A stretch of 64,000 nucleotides of DNA from a virus (lineage: Duplodnaviria > Caudoviricetes): IMG/VR virus record IMGVR_UViG_3300028833_000058, one strand, 5' to 3'. The position numbers were made by a program, and so were the translations under genes. Position 1 is the stretch's first letter; every line of letters starts with the position of its first letter. The notes under the pieces were generated by a model. That model did not search any database. It had not been told where the DNA came from and was given only the letters and a program-made list of their open reading frames with translations. Shown piece after piece: positions 9,602-17,812 of this stretch.

Positions 9602-10504
9602 TTAATCTTCGTGGCTTGCTAATTTCAAAAGATAATCAGCCGCTTTTTGTGCCATACTACAAGCTGTTATTATTGATTTTGGTTTGTCTTGTAAAGTCTT
9701 TATCCAACTTTCAATATATTTTAAATTGTTTTGGCTAAACATATAAGTATGACCAAATTCTTGAGCTATAAAACCTGCACCAATATCAGCTACAAGCTCT
9801 TCAAAGGCATAGCTCTCACTTCCAAACCTACCACTTAAATCTCTGTTGAGTCTTGATTTAGCACCAGACCAATGCACCGTTTCGTGGCAAGCTGTCGGTA
9901 TATATTCTTCAAGCATATCCTTGTTATATTGAGATAAGCTAGGAAGTTCAATAACATCTCTGCTCGGTATGTAGCAAGCGTGTCCGTGTCCTTCCGAATA
10001 TACTGCACCTATTCTGTCAAGATAATTGTCTTTAAACAATCCAATCTTGTGCAAGATATTTTCGTCAATAGGCTCTTTGGTTTCTTCTTCAGGTTTATAA
10101 TCCTGTAACTGGCACTCATTAAATACCGTATAATATCTCATAAACGGTATCATTTTTTCAATGTCATCACCATTTTCATCTTTTTCATCAGTCTTAACCT
10201 TAACCTGTTTCCAAAAGATGATGTTTGTGCCTTTTTCACCCTTTTTAACAAACCGTTTAGCTTTCTTCCATTGGTCAAAAGTTCCCCATTTGTTAGAGGT
10301 ATATCCTTTTTCTTCACTAACGAAAGCAAGCAATACCATATTGAATCCTCTGTATAACTTCTTGCTTTCAAAATTAACACTTAAAGTATTAGAAGAAAAG
10401 AACGGTTTTACCCAGTGTCCTTTTCCTTTAACTTCTTCAAGCATAGCGATAAATTTATCAGCTGTGCTCTTAACAATTTGTTCTGTAACGTTTACCATTG
10501 TCAT
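9602..10504 (-). CDS. ardC: ArdC-family antirestriction / ssDNA-binding protein with zincin-like domain
   Basis: W.KPF, YRGFN, WGTFDQW, VKKGEKG, YTVFN, HETVHW, YAFEELVA. Confidence 0.9.
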   Translation of the reverse strand: MTMVNVTEQIVKSTADKFIAMLEEVKGKGHWVKPFFSSNTLSVNFESKKLYRGFNMVLLAFVSEEKGYTSNKWGTFDQWKKAKRFVKKGEKGTNIIFWKQVKVKTDEKDENGDDIEKMIPFMRYYTVFNECQLQDYKPEEETKEPIDENILHKIGLFKDNYLDRIGAVYSEGHGHACYIPSRDVIELPSLSQYNKDMLEEYIPTACHETVHWSGAKSRLNRDLSGRFGSESYAFEELVADIGAGFIAQEFGHTYMFSQNNLKYIESWIKTLQDKPKSIITACSMAQKAADYLLKLASHED

Positions 10505-10536
10505 AGTCCTTTCTTACTAAATTAGAGATAAGGTTT

Positions 10537-10563
10537 GAGCGGTGCTTTTAAACAACACCGCTC
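10537..10563. terminator. intergenic hairpin
   Basis: GAGCGGTG/CACCGCTC inverted repeat. Confidence 0.55.
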
Positions 10564-10577
10564 TTATTTGTTTTAGG

Positions 10578-11021
10578 TTAGTTAGCTTGAGCTTTGTTAA
10601 TCATAGCTCTTACTTTTGCTCTGACTTCTTCTTTCATTGAGTCAATAGCGTCAAGTAAAGCTAATCCTTCTTCAAGCCGTTTCTTAAAATTAACGGCATA
10701 TTCATCATCAGCTTTGATATTGACAGTATGAACGGTGCTAACCTTTGAGCATCTTTCAATTACTTCTTTACCAACAATGCTTTCAAGCATTTTCTTATCA
10801 AGATTAACTCTTTCAGAGTCAATCACTTGGATTTCACCAATACCGTCAACTCTATAAGGCTCGTGAACATTACCTTTGCTGTCTTGACCTACAACTGTCG
10901 TTTCCAGTTCATCGGTCTTAACTTTATCTTTTACAGCTTTCAAATTATCTGCTGTGATTTTTGCCATAAGCTGTGCGTCAACTAATGCACAAACTTCTGC
11001 TCTTGTTAATTTACTTTTCAT
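10578..11021 (-). CDS. hypothetical early protein
   Basis: 147 aa, AAAGGA RBS, directly behind a consensus promoter. Confidence 0.8.
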   Translation of the reverse strand: MKSKLTRAEVCALVDAQLMAKITADNLKAVKDKVKTDELETTVVGQDSKGNVHEPYRVDGIGEIQVIDSERVNLDKKMLESIVGKEVIERCSKVSTVHTVNIKADDEYAVNFKKRLEEGLALLDAIDSMKEEVRAKVRAMINKAQAN

Positions 11022-11068
11022 AGCTCTATCCTTTCATAGTAAATTACAGTTTAACGGAAAGCATAATA

Positions 11069-11115
11069 ATTATACACGTTTATCATCTTTTAGGCAAGTG
11101 AGATTCTTACAATTA
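11069..11115 (-). promoter_or_regulatory. sigma70-type early promoter
   Basis: Minus strand TAATTGTAA..TTGCCT-N17-TATAAT. Confidence 0.7.
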
Positions 11116-11229
11116 ATGTAATACCATTTGTCTAAAAGCTGTGTTCATAGATTAAGAGTGTTGCTCTTAACCCCCACCCCCCTCTAAAAGCGTTGCTCTT
11201 AACAAGGGGTATGGTATCCCCCCTATGCT

Positions 11230-11436
11230 TTACCAGTTTGAGCAAAGCATAGAAGTAATTTCATATTGACTTTTACCATTAAATGAGTTCAGCCATACCT
11301 CGCTGTTCTCTCTCAGTTCTCCCTCGTATCTCTTGTCCAAAATTGGTGTATATGAGATAGGTTTAGTATATTCTTTTTTAGCTAGTTCAATCTTGCGGAT
11401 TCTTTCAGCGTTTGATTTTAAAGTTTGTTTTACCAT
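11230..11436 (-). CDS. hypothetical protein
   Basis: 68 aa, GGAGG RBS. Confidence 0.65.
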   Translation of the reverse strand: MVKQTLKSNAERIRKIELAKKEYTKPISYTPILDKRYEGELRENSEVWLNSFNGKSQYEITSMLCSNW

Positions 11437-11538
11437 AATAGACCTCCAAAGTATTTTATATGTTAAAGTGGTTAATAAAAAGTTAATTGTTTATATTTCG
11501 GTTGATTTCAGTTAGCTTGTCTTATTGTCAATATATCC

Positions 11539-11942
11539 AAAAAAATCGGTAAAGCTAAACTAGACTAACTTTACCGACTAACTGGACTTATGACTTGACT
11601 TAAACCGAAAACATTAAAAGTCCGAAAAATAAATCATATAAACACTAAATACAAGTTAAGACTTAATGCTTATATGATTTATTCGGTTATAAAGATTTTG
11701 AGATGATTTAGCTTTATTCGTTTTTTTTTATCTAGTGAGTCCGTTTGTTTTTTCTTTTTGTGGTATGATTCGGGGATTCGGTTTATTCGGTATTATAAAA
11801 AAAGATTCGGCGGTTTGTATAACATTAAATAAAAAACATTAATGAAAACTTTACCGCCGAATCTACATAAAAACTTATAAGAAAAAAAGCAAGCCAAAAA
11901 ACACACGCCGAATCAAATCGGAGTCCGCTTGCTTGCTTTTTT
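11539..11942 (-). ncRNA. candidate structured leader or small-RNA array (four hairpins)
   Basis: Inverted repeats 11546-11577, 11628-11683, 11803-11864, 11883-11942; U-tracts on the minus-strand 3' side; downstream of a promoter. Confidence 0.45.
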
Positions 11943-11976
11943 AAGGTTAGGTTGTTGTCCGCCTGTTTATGTATTA

Positions 11977-12022
11977 ATAGTATCATAAAAAACGATAAAA
12001 AGCAAATACATTTTTACAATTA
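11977..12022 (-). promoter_or_regulatory. sigma70-type early promoter
   Basis: Minus strand TAATTGTAA..TTGCTT-N17-TACTAT. Confidence 0.65.
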
Positions 12023-12601
12023 ATTTAGGGTATGGGGGGTGCCCTCCCCCCCTTGCCAGCCCTTTACACGCGAGGGAAGAATCGGCACACTCTGACCGAG
12101 TAGGAGCTTTTGCCGTCCCATTTGTTCCGTCATATCCCATTCCCCCTATTTTTTTGTCTATTCTGTTCGGTATCTTTTGGTATTTTGCTCCCGAAGAAAA
12201 CAACACCATGCTCTAATTAAGTCATTGATATTACGCTATTATTATGTTTTTGTCGATTTGTCCGAATATGCTCATAATTTGTCCAAACCCCCTTCATCAT
12301 ACCCATATGTTACCCCCATTGTACCCCTAAGCATCGTATATTCAATGCTGTGTTTCAATTATTCCCTAGCAGTATCTCCCTTATGCTGAAGCATATATAT
12401 CCATCTGCTGTTATCCAATCTCCCCACAGCTTCTCTATACATCCCTAATTCATGCTCTTCTGTTCCCCCATTTTTTCGCTCTACAATGCCCATCTTCTTA
12501 TTCCTGCTACAAATTATGCTCGCTTGCAAGTATTCCTCTGTACGAGCTTCTTTTCGCTTTCTTTCGTATTTTTCTATTTACTCCCTCTGATTATTTTCTG
12601 C

Positions 12602-12630
12602 TTTACTTTTTTCTTTTTTTCGTTTATAGT
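12602..12630 (+). promoter_or_regulatory. sigma70-type promoter
   Basis: TTTACT-N17-TATAGT upstream of plus-strand cluster. Confidence 0.65.
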
Positions 12631-12680
12631 GTGGTTTGTAATATTATGCCCTAATGTATTTGAAAGGACTTATAGTAAAT

Positions 12681-12956
12681 ATGACAGAAAAAGAATTAAC
12701 GCTTGAAGAGCTTGAAGCTAAGTTTAACAGAGCGATGGAACTTCATGATGCAGAAATATATTACAATGGTTCTATTATGGCATTAGAATCATTGAGAAGA
12801 ACTTTTATTGAATCTAAAGATAAAAGTATTACGGTTAAAGAATTAGTAGAAGAACTTATACCTGGTTTTATTAAAGTTGTAATTGAGGAACATGAAGCTT
12901 TAGTAAAAGAAATAGAGGGTAAAAGTTATGTAAAAGATAAAGCTACTCTTAATTAA
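12681..12956 (+). CDS. hypothetical protein, paralog family B
   Basis: Start moved to MTEKEL (AAGGA RBS); YYNGSIMALESLR...ELIP. Confidence 0.8.
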   Translation: MTEKELTLEELEAKFNRAMELHDAEIYYNGSIMALESLRRTFIESKDKSITVKELVEELIPGFIKVVIEEHEALVKEIEGKSYVKDKATLN

Positions 12957-12990
12957 AATTATATTGGAAGAAAGGACTACGGTGAATATT

Positions 12991-13284
12991 ATGACTAAAG
13001 AAGATTTAAATGAAGATACACCTACAGAAAAAGAAGTGAAAGAATTAAAAGAATTAACGACAATTATATTTTATGATGGATATACCAGAGGATTAGAAGA
13101 TTTTGCTAAAGCGTTAAATATGGCAGCAGCAAGAATTGGAAAGAATAATTTACCCGTAGACTTAATTGTTAATGAACTTATACCAGCTCATGTTAAATGT
13201 GTATGTAAGAAACGTGATGAAATATTAAAAGAAGTTGATAATGAAGGACAATGTTTAACAGTAAATAACGTTATTCTTAATTAA
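12991..13284 (+). CDS. hypothetical protein, paralog family B
   Basis: Start moved to MTKEDL; FYDGYTRGLE...NELIP. Confidence 0.75.
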   Translation: MTKEDLNEDTPTEKEVKELKELTTIIFYDGYTRGLEDFAKALNMAAARIGKNNLPVDLIVNELIPAHVKCVCKKRDEILKEVDNEGQCLTVNNVILN

Positions 13285-13312
13285 TTTTGTATTTGGAGAA
13301 AGGGTTTGCGCT

Positions 13313-13558
13313 ATGAGTGATAAATATAACATAGAACTTCATGATACAGAAAAGTATTATGAAGGTTATATTGATGCATTGGAGTACATAAGAAAAGGGT
13401 TTATTTATGACCAAAATGGGATTGGAATAAAAAATTTGAGCGTCAATAAATTAGTTAAAAGGACTATGCCTAGAGAAATTGAATGGGCAAAAAAAGAACG
13501 TGATAAAGCTATTGAAGAAATCAAGAAGAAATATGCTACATATATAATGTGTAATTAA
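13313..13558 (+). CDS. hypothetical protein, paralog family B
   Basis: ELHDTEKYYEGYIDALE. Confidence 0.8.
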   Translation: MSDKYNIELHDTEKYYEGYIDALEYIRKGFIYDQNGIGIKNLSVNKLVKRTMPREIEWAKKERDKAIEEIKKKYATYIMCN

Positions 13559-13581
13559 GTTACGGAAAGGATTTAACTACA

Positions 13582-13890
13582 ATGGAAGAAAAGAAGAAAG
13601 TTACTAAAGAAGATATACTTGAATTAGTTGGTGATTTACAAAAGAATGTCATGAAGAATGATATTGTTAATTACCATAATGGTTCTATTCATGCATTAGA
13701 ATCTTTAAGACATATGTTCATAGAAGGTGATTATGGAAAATATATTGCACGTGAAGAATTAATCAATGAGATTATTCCTAATTGTATCCAAATAGTCATA
13801 GAAGAACGTGATAATTTGTTAGCACGTGTTAATGAAGACGAAAATGTTGAAGATATCGCTAAACCTGAAAAACCAATATTGTACAATTGA
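13582..13890 (+). CDS. hypothetical protein, paralog family B
   Basis: YHNGSIHALESLR...NEIIP. Confidence 0.8.
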   Translation: MEEKKKVTKEDILELVGDLQKNVMKNDIVNYHNGSIHALESLRHMFIEGDYGKYIAREELINEIIPNCIQIVIEERDNLLARVNEDENVEDIAKPEKPILYN

Positions 13891-13915
13891 TTTTATATGT
13901 GAAAGTAGGTATACT

Positions 13916-14194
13916 ATGGATAAAGATGAGATAGTTTTTACTTTAGATTGGTACGGAATATTCTTAACAAGGGCCAATGGGATTCTTATGAAGTATCTTC
14001 CGTGGTTTGCCGATTCATATAGAGTCATCAGCTTGAATCTGTCATCAAGAAGTGATACACAGGTCATCTGTATATGTGAAAAGATAAACTTTGATACAGA
14101 TAGAATGGATACAATATGTGTGGCTATACCATATAAGTATCTTCTTAGTGATAAAATATCTTATGTACGTAAGAAAGATTTAACAGTTTTGTAA
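13916..14194 (+). CDS. hypothetical protein
   Basis: Probable start MDKDEI downstream of previous stop. Confidence 0.55.
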   Translation: MDKDEIVFTLDWYGIFLTRANGILMKYLPWFADSYRVISLNLSSRSDTQVICICEKINFDTDRMDTICVAIPYKYLLSDKISYVRKKDLTVL

Positions 14195-14422
14195 GTCTTC
14201 GATGTTTATCGTGTACATCTCTTCTACATAATCATTGCAAGGGGGTATACAGAAATCTACCTTGACAGTAATTTGACCACCACCAGCGTTAGCAATACTA
14301 CCAATGAACATTGGACAGTTTCTATAGTAACTACTTTTCACTTTTTCTCTTATTACTTTTTCTATGGATTCGTAAATCTTAGTTCTTAACGTAAAATAAG
14401 TGTAAACGTCTTCTTTATTCAT
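14180..14422 (-). CDS. hypothetical protein
   Basis: 80 aa, last gene of minus-strand operon. Confidence 0.65.
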   Translation of the reverse strand: MNKEDVYTYFTLRTKIYESIEKVIREKVKSSYYRNCPMFIGSIANAGGGQITVKVDFCIPPCNDYVEEMYTINIEDLQNC

Positions 14423-14837
14423 GAATTTTCTTTCCCTCTATAGTGAATTCTTGGTTATTATTTAATGTTATCAATACTTCATACGTTTTGTCAATCAAAT
14501 CTTTTGGTATCCGTTTGTCATTCTTTTTACTCTTATAGGCTCCCAATTGTAAAGACAACAGAAAAATTCTATCGTCAGTTATGTTTAGGTGCATAGGCAC
14601 TAAAGTCTCATTTGTTATTCGTGGTAAACTTTCGTGAAATGAAAATGTTGTTAAGCATTGAAACATTTTTGTATATACGAATAGACATATATTCATGCTG
14701 TCGTCATGTATAGAAATGTGAAAATGTTCATTGGCAAAAATTATTTCTAGAGTATATCCATCTTTTGTGGATATACATTCAAAACCAGCTTCGTTTCCGT
14801 GTTCACGAATAGTATCAAATTTAAATGGATTGTTCAT
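14415..14837 (-). CDS. hypothetical protein, paralog family C
   Basis: NITDDRIF..LGAYK..RIP..YEVL..NQEF. Confidence 0.8.
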   Translation of the reverse strand: MNNPFKFDTIREHGNEAGFECISTKDGYTLEIIFANEHFHISIHDDSMNICLFVYTKMFQCLTTFSFHESLPRITNETLVPMHLNITDDRIFLLSLQLGAYKSKKNDKRIPKDLIDKTYEVLITLNNNQEFTIEGKKIHE

Positions 14838-15270
14838 TGAACCTAACTACCGATTCTTCATTTGAGATAACCTCAAATTCTTGATTATTAGACATCATTA
14901 TTAATAACTCATAAGCTTTATTAATCATGCGATTTGGAATACGTTTGTTAGTTATGTTACTTTTATAAGCTCCTAACTTAATACTCTCTGTTAATATTTC
15001 GTCATTTGTGATGTTTGGACAAGACGACTTGAAGTTATTGTATGTATACAAATTGTTTTTGAACTCATAAGAAAAAATTGTGAAATGATTTTCTCTTATA
15101 AAAAGACATTTGTTTATACTTTCATTTTTACTGTTTAGTTTATTATTAAGCGATAGCTTGTAATCACCATCTATATCGTAAAAGAATAAAGACGAGTAGT
15201 TATTTGTGTCATATATCCTACACGATTTGTCAAATGTAATTGTCTTTACCATTGAAATAAACCCAGGCAT
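14821..15270 (-). CDS. hypothetical protein, paralog family C
   Basis: NITNDEI..LGAYK..RIP..YELL..NQEF; start may be 15252. Confidence 0.8.
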   Translation of the reverse strand: MPGFISMVKTITFDKSCRIYDTNNYSSLFFYDIDGDYKLSLNNKLNSKNESINKCLFIRENHFTIFSYEFKNNLYTYNNFKSSCPNITNDEILTESIKLGAYKSNITNKRIPNRMINKAYELLIMMSNNQEFEVISNEESVVRFNEQSI

Positions 15271-15685
15271 TGTTGTTTAAACTTACTTTAAATGGTTGTT
15301 CGTTATAAATACAGTTTAATAATTCATAAGACTGATTTATAATTTTTTCTGGAATAGCTTTACCATCTGTTTTTCTCTTATAAGCTCCAAGATACACAGA
15401 TAATATAAAAATGTCATCGTTGTTTATGTTTTTATCTATAACCTTATTTGTTTTATTTAACTCTGGACTTGTCATTAAATGATTATGTCGTAAACTATAA
15501 TAAAATAAAGTTGAATTCGATGAGTTTATATCTATCATACTTATAGTAAGATTTGTTTCATCATGTTGAGCGTTAAAACATATAGCGTATCCTTCTTCAA
15601 CTGTTGTAAAATAGAACGATACGCTATACTGTCTAACACTTGTTCTACTAATATCATCAAATTCAAAACTTTTATAATCAATCAT
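15230..15685 (-). CDS. hypothetical protein, paralog family C
   Basis: NINNDDIF..LGAYK..AIP..YELL..EQPF. Confidence 0.8.
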   Translation of the reverse strand: MIDYKSFEFDDISRTSVRQYSVSFYFTTVEEGYAICFNAQHDETNLTISMIDINSSNSTLFYYSLRHNHLMTSPELNKTNKVIDKNINNDDIFILSVYLGAYKRKTDGKAIPEKIINQSYELLNCIYNEQPFKVSLNNNAWVYFNGKDNYI

Positions 15686-16370
15686 TGAATTTTATCAACT
15701 CTTTATAAGGTGCTGATATCTTAGATAACTCTTCACGCATCTGGGTTAAATCCTGAAAGTCGTTTCTGTCATCCATTGTGTATCTAACGTAATAAGCGAT
15801 GACTAATTGTCTGGCTGTCAATTTACCATGACCTTGTTTTTTGGCCAATAAAAGAATCTTTTTAATTTTATCTTGAGTAGTTAACTCTTTGTTTAACTTG
15901 ATTAGATTATCCAACATGTAATCATCTTTTTTCAAACAAGCTATAGAAAAATCTCGTTCTTTCTCACTTGCTTCAAATTGACCATTCAACGCTGCTCTTT
16001 GCTCTTCGTCACGTAAGTATTTTTTAACTCTATTTATGATTACCTTAGTGAAATTCTTATTCCATTGCTCACTGTCAGTGTTTCTTAACATATTAAGATT
16101 TGAAAAAGAAGAAGTTACATAATCTTTGACACGTTCTTTTGGGATGTACCAATATTTTTTATTATGAGCACTTGTTCTTTCCATGACTTGTGGAAACTGT
16201 ACTTTCACGCTGTCTTTCATACGTACAGCAGTTCTTTTGGATACAGCGAATCTTTTCATGATGTCCTCTATGGTAACACCTTTTTCAGAATCCTGCATCC
16301 ATAGAACTAAATCGAGTAAAACTCTAGTCTTTTTATAGAAGATATCATTCAATTGTGTATCTGCTTTCAT
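15678..16370 (-). CDS. HTH protein: WYL-regulator (DriD-like) N-terminal wHTH fused to family D domain, no WYL domain
   Basis: LLDLV..GVTIEDIMKRFAVSKRTAVRMKDSV..FPQ..KYWYIP. Confidence 0.7.
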   Translation of the reverse strand: MKADTQLNDIFYKKTRVLLDLVLWMQDSEKGVTIEDIMKRFAVSKRTAVRMKDSVKVQFPQVMERTSAHNKKYWYIPKERVKDYVTSSFSNLNMLRNTDSEQWNKNFTKVIINRVKKYLRDEEQRAALNGQFEASEKERDFSIACLKKDDYMLDNLIKLNKELTTQDKIKKILLLAKKQGHGKLTARQLVIAYYVRYTMDDRNDFQDLTQMREELSKISAPYKELIKFND

Positions 16371-16695
16371 CGAATGGAACTTTCTTTAAAATGTTTTCTC
16401 TGTATTCTGGATGAGTTTTCTTATACTGTTCCTCATCTTTTACCATTTTATTTAACTTTGCTTGAATTTGATTTACAGTTTTTCTATCTTTTCCTCTTTG
16501 GTTATACATTCTATCGTAAGCAACAACAACTTCTTCTAAAGTAAGTGAATGTATACCCCTATCTTTAGCGATATCAAACAAGTGATAAATTCTGTCACCA
16601 AATACATCTTTTCTGATTATTTCAAGTCCAAGTTTACGTTTTACATCTTGGGTTAAATCACTTGAATCAAAGATTGACTCGTCATAATTTTTCAT
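16345..16695 (-). CDS. putative winged-helix protein, paralog family D
   Basis: RIYHLFDIAK..SLTLEEVVVAY..KTVNQI. Confidence 0.7.
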   Translation of the reverse strand: MKNYDESIFDSSDLTQDVKRKLGLEIIRKDVFGDRIYHLFDIAKDRGIHSLTLEEVVVAYDRMYNQRGKDRKTVNQIQAKLNKMVKDEEQYKKTHPEYRENILKKVPFDESRYTIE

Positions 16696-16714
16696 TTTAA
16701 TATCCTTTCAAAAA

Positions 16715-17392
16715 TTAGTATTCTAACAATGTAAATGTACCAACAGCACCTTTTACTCTTACGATACATTTGTTTTTAGCACTTTTTATTTTATTTGTTT
16801 CTAAGTAATATATCTTGTTTGCAATTTGATGTTTCGTCTTTTGGCCATCTCTACCAAAAGAAGTATAAACTTTGTAATAAGCTGCTGTAACTTGGTCTAT
16901 TGTTAAGGATTTCATGTTGAACATCTCAGCAAGGTCAAACAAATTAAAAATCTTGCTTGTAAAATCATCTTCTACTTCTCTTTTCAATCCAGCTCTGATT
17001 TTTATATCAACATCAGAAATGTTTGTCATATCGAATAGATTGTCAGGTGCATCAAAATGTTTATCAAGTTTAATTTCTACTTTCTTGTTTTCTTCAACTA
17101 ATGTATTGAACATTTCTTTTTTAGACTGTACTTTTTTATTAACAATCTCTTTTACTTCACTCTTTGAGATGACATTAGTTTTAGATTTATCATTTATGAC
17201 CTTGTTTTCATCCTTGCGTGGTTCAATGGATTTAACTTTCTTTGGTTCTGGAATAATATCTCTAGCAAGTGCATCTGGAAAAACAGCAATTTCGTCTCTT
17301 TTCCTTCTGAAAAAAGGAAATGAATCAAAACATCCTTCTATCCTGTTTAGCAAACCACTTTCATCTTTCGTTTTCGACATAGTTTTTGGCAT
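16715..17392 (-). CDS. putative winged-helix protein, paralog family D
   Basis: KIFNLFDLAE..SLTIDQVTAAY..KTKHQI..GTFTL. Confidence 0.7.
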   Translation of the reverse strand: MPKTMSKTKDESGLLNRIEGCFDSFPFFRRKRDEIAVFPDALARDIIPEPKKVKSIEPRKDENKVINDKSKTNVISKSEVKEIVNKKVQSKKEMFNTLVEENKKVEIKLDKHFDAPDNLFDMTNISDVDIKIRAGLKREVEDDFTSKIFNLFDLAEMFNMKSLTIDQVTAAYYKVYTSFGRDGQKTKHQIANKIYYLETNKIKSAKNKCIVRVKGAVGTFTLLEY

Positions 17393-17471
17393 TATTGATT
17401 TCCTTTCATATAAAAATTAGAATTTCTGACAAAAACTATAACATTAAAAATGAAAAAGTAAAGTTATTTTT

Positions 17472-17810
17472 TTAATCATCGTTTATGAAAAAGTAAATTT
17501 TATTAACGTCCCATATATTTTTATCTTTTATTTCAGCTAGATACTTTTCATAACTTTGTTTATTTTCACACCACATATAAGCTTCTTCTTTACCACAGTC
17601 GTACAATACACCATAGGTACCTTTTTGTGGTAAACCCTCGACTTTTCTTAATTCAACTGGTTTTAACTCTTCTTCTGATTTAATCAAGTCTGGTTTTATA
17701 AATACAAACAATGGTAACGTTATAACAAATATTGTCAGAATGGCCATGACTAATACAAGAAATGGAACTGATAAACAAGTTATAATTGTATTGTATAATC
17801 GTTTCTTCAT
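17472..17810 (-). CDS. hypothetical membrane protein
   Basis: N-terminal hydrophobic segment. Confidence 0.7.
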   Translation of the reverse strand: MKKRLYNTIITCLSVPFLVLVMAILTIFVITLPLFVFIKPDLIKSEEELKPVELRKVEGLPQKGTYGVLYDCGKEEAYMWCENKQSYEKYLAEIKDKNIWDVNKIYFFINDD

Positions 17811-17812
17811 CT

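Larger units (their letters stand above)
11130..12650. other. largely non-coding divergence region; probable genome terminus/terminal repeat or replication origin
   Basis: Strand switch, C/G-run hairpins at about 11171-11222 and 12028-12052, repeated short motifs, strong C/T skew 12100-12620. Confidence 0.55.

Noticed and set aside
11500-12100. CRISPR or mini-array
   Set aside because: Repeats are inverted pairs and short motifs; no constant-length direct repeats with spacers, and no cas genes
11967-12706. ORFs 11967..12209, 12177..12389, 12452..12706 (and 11333..11515)
   Set aside because: No RBS, low-complexity translations, overlap promoters and skewed non-coding DNA
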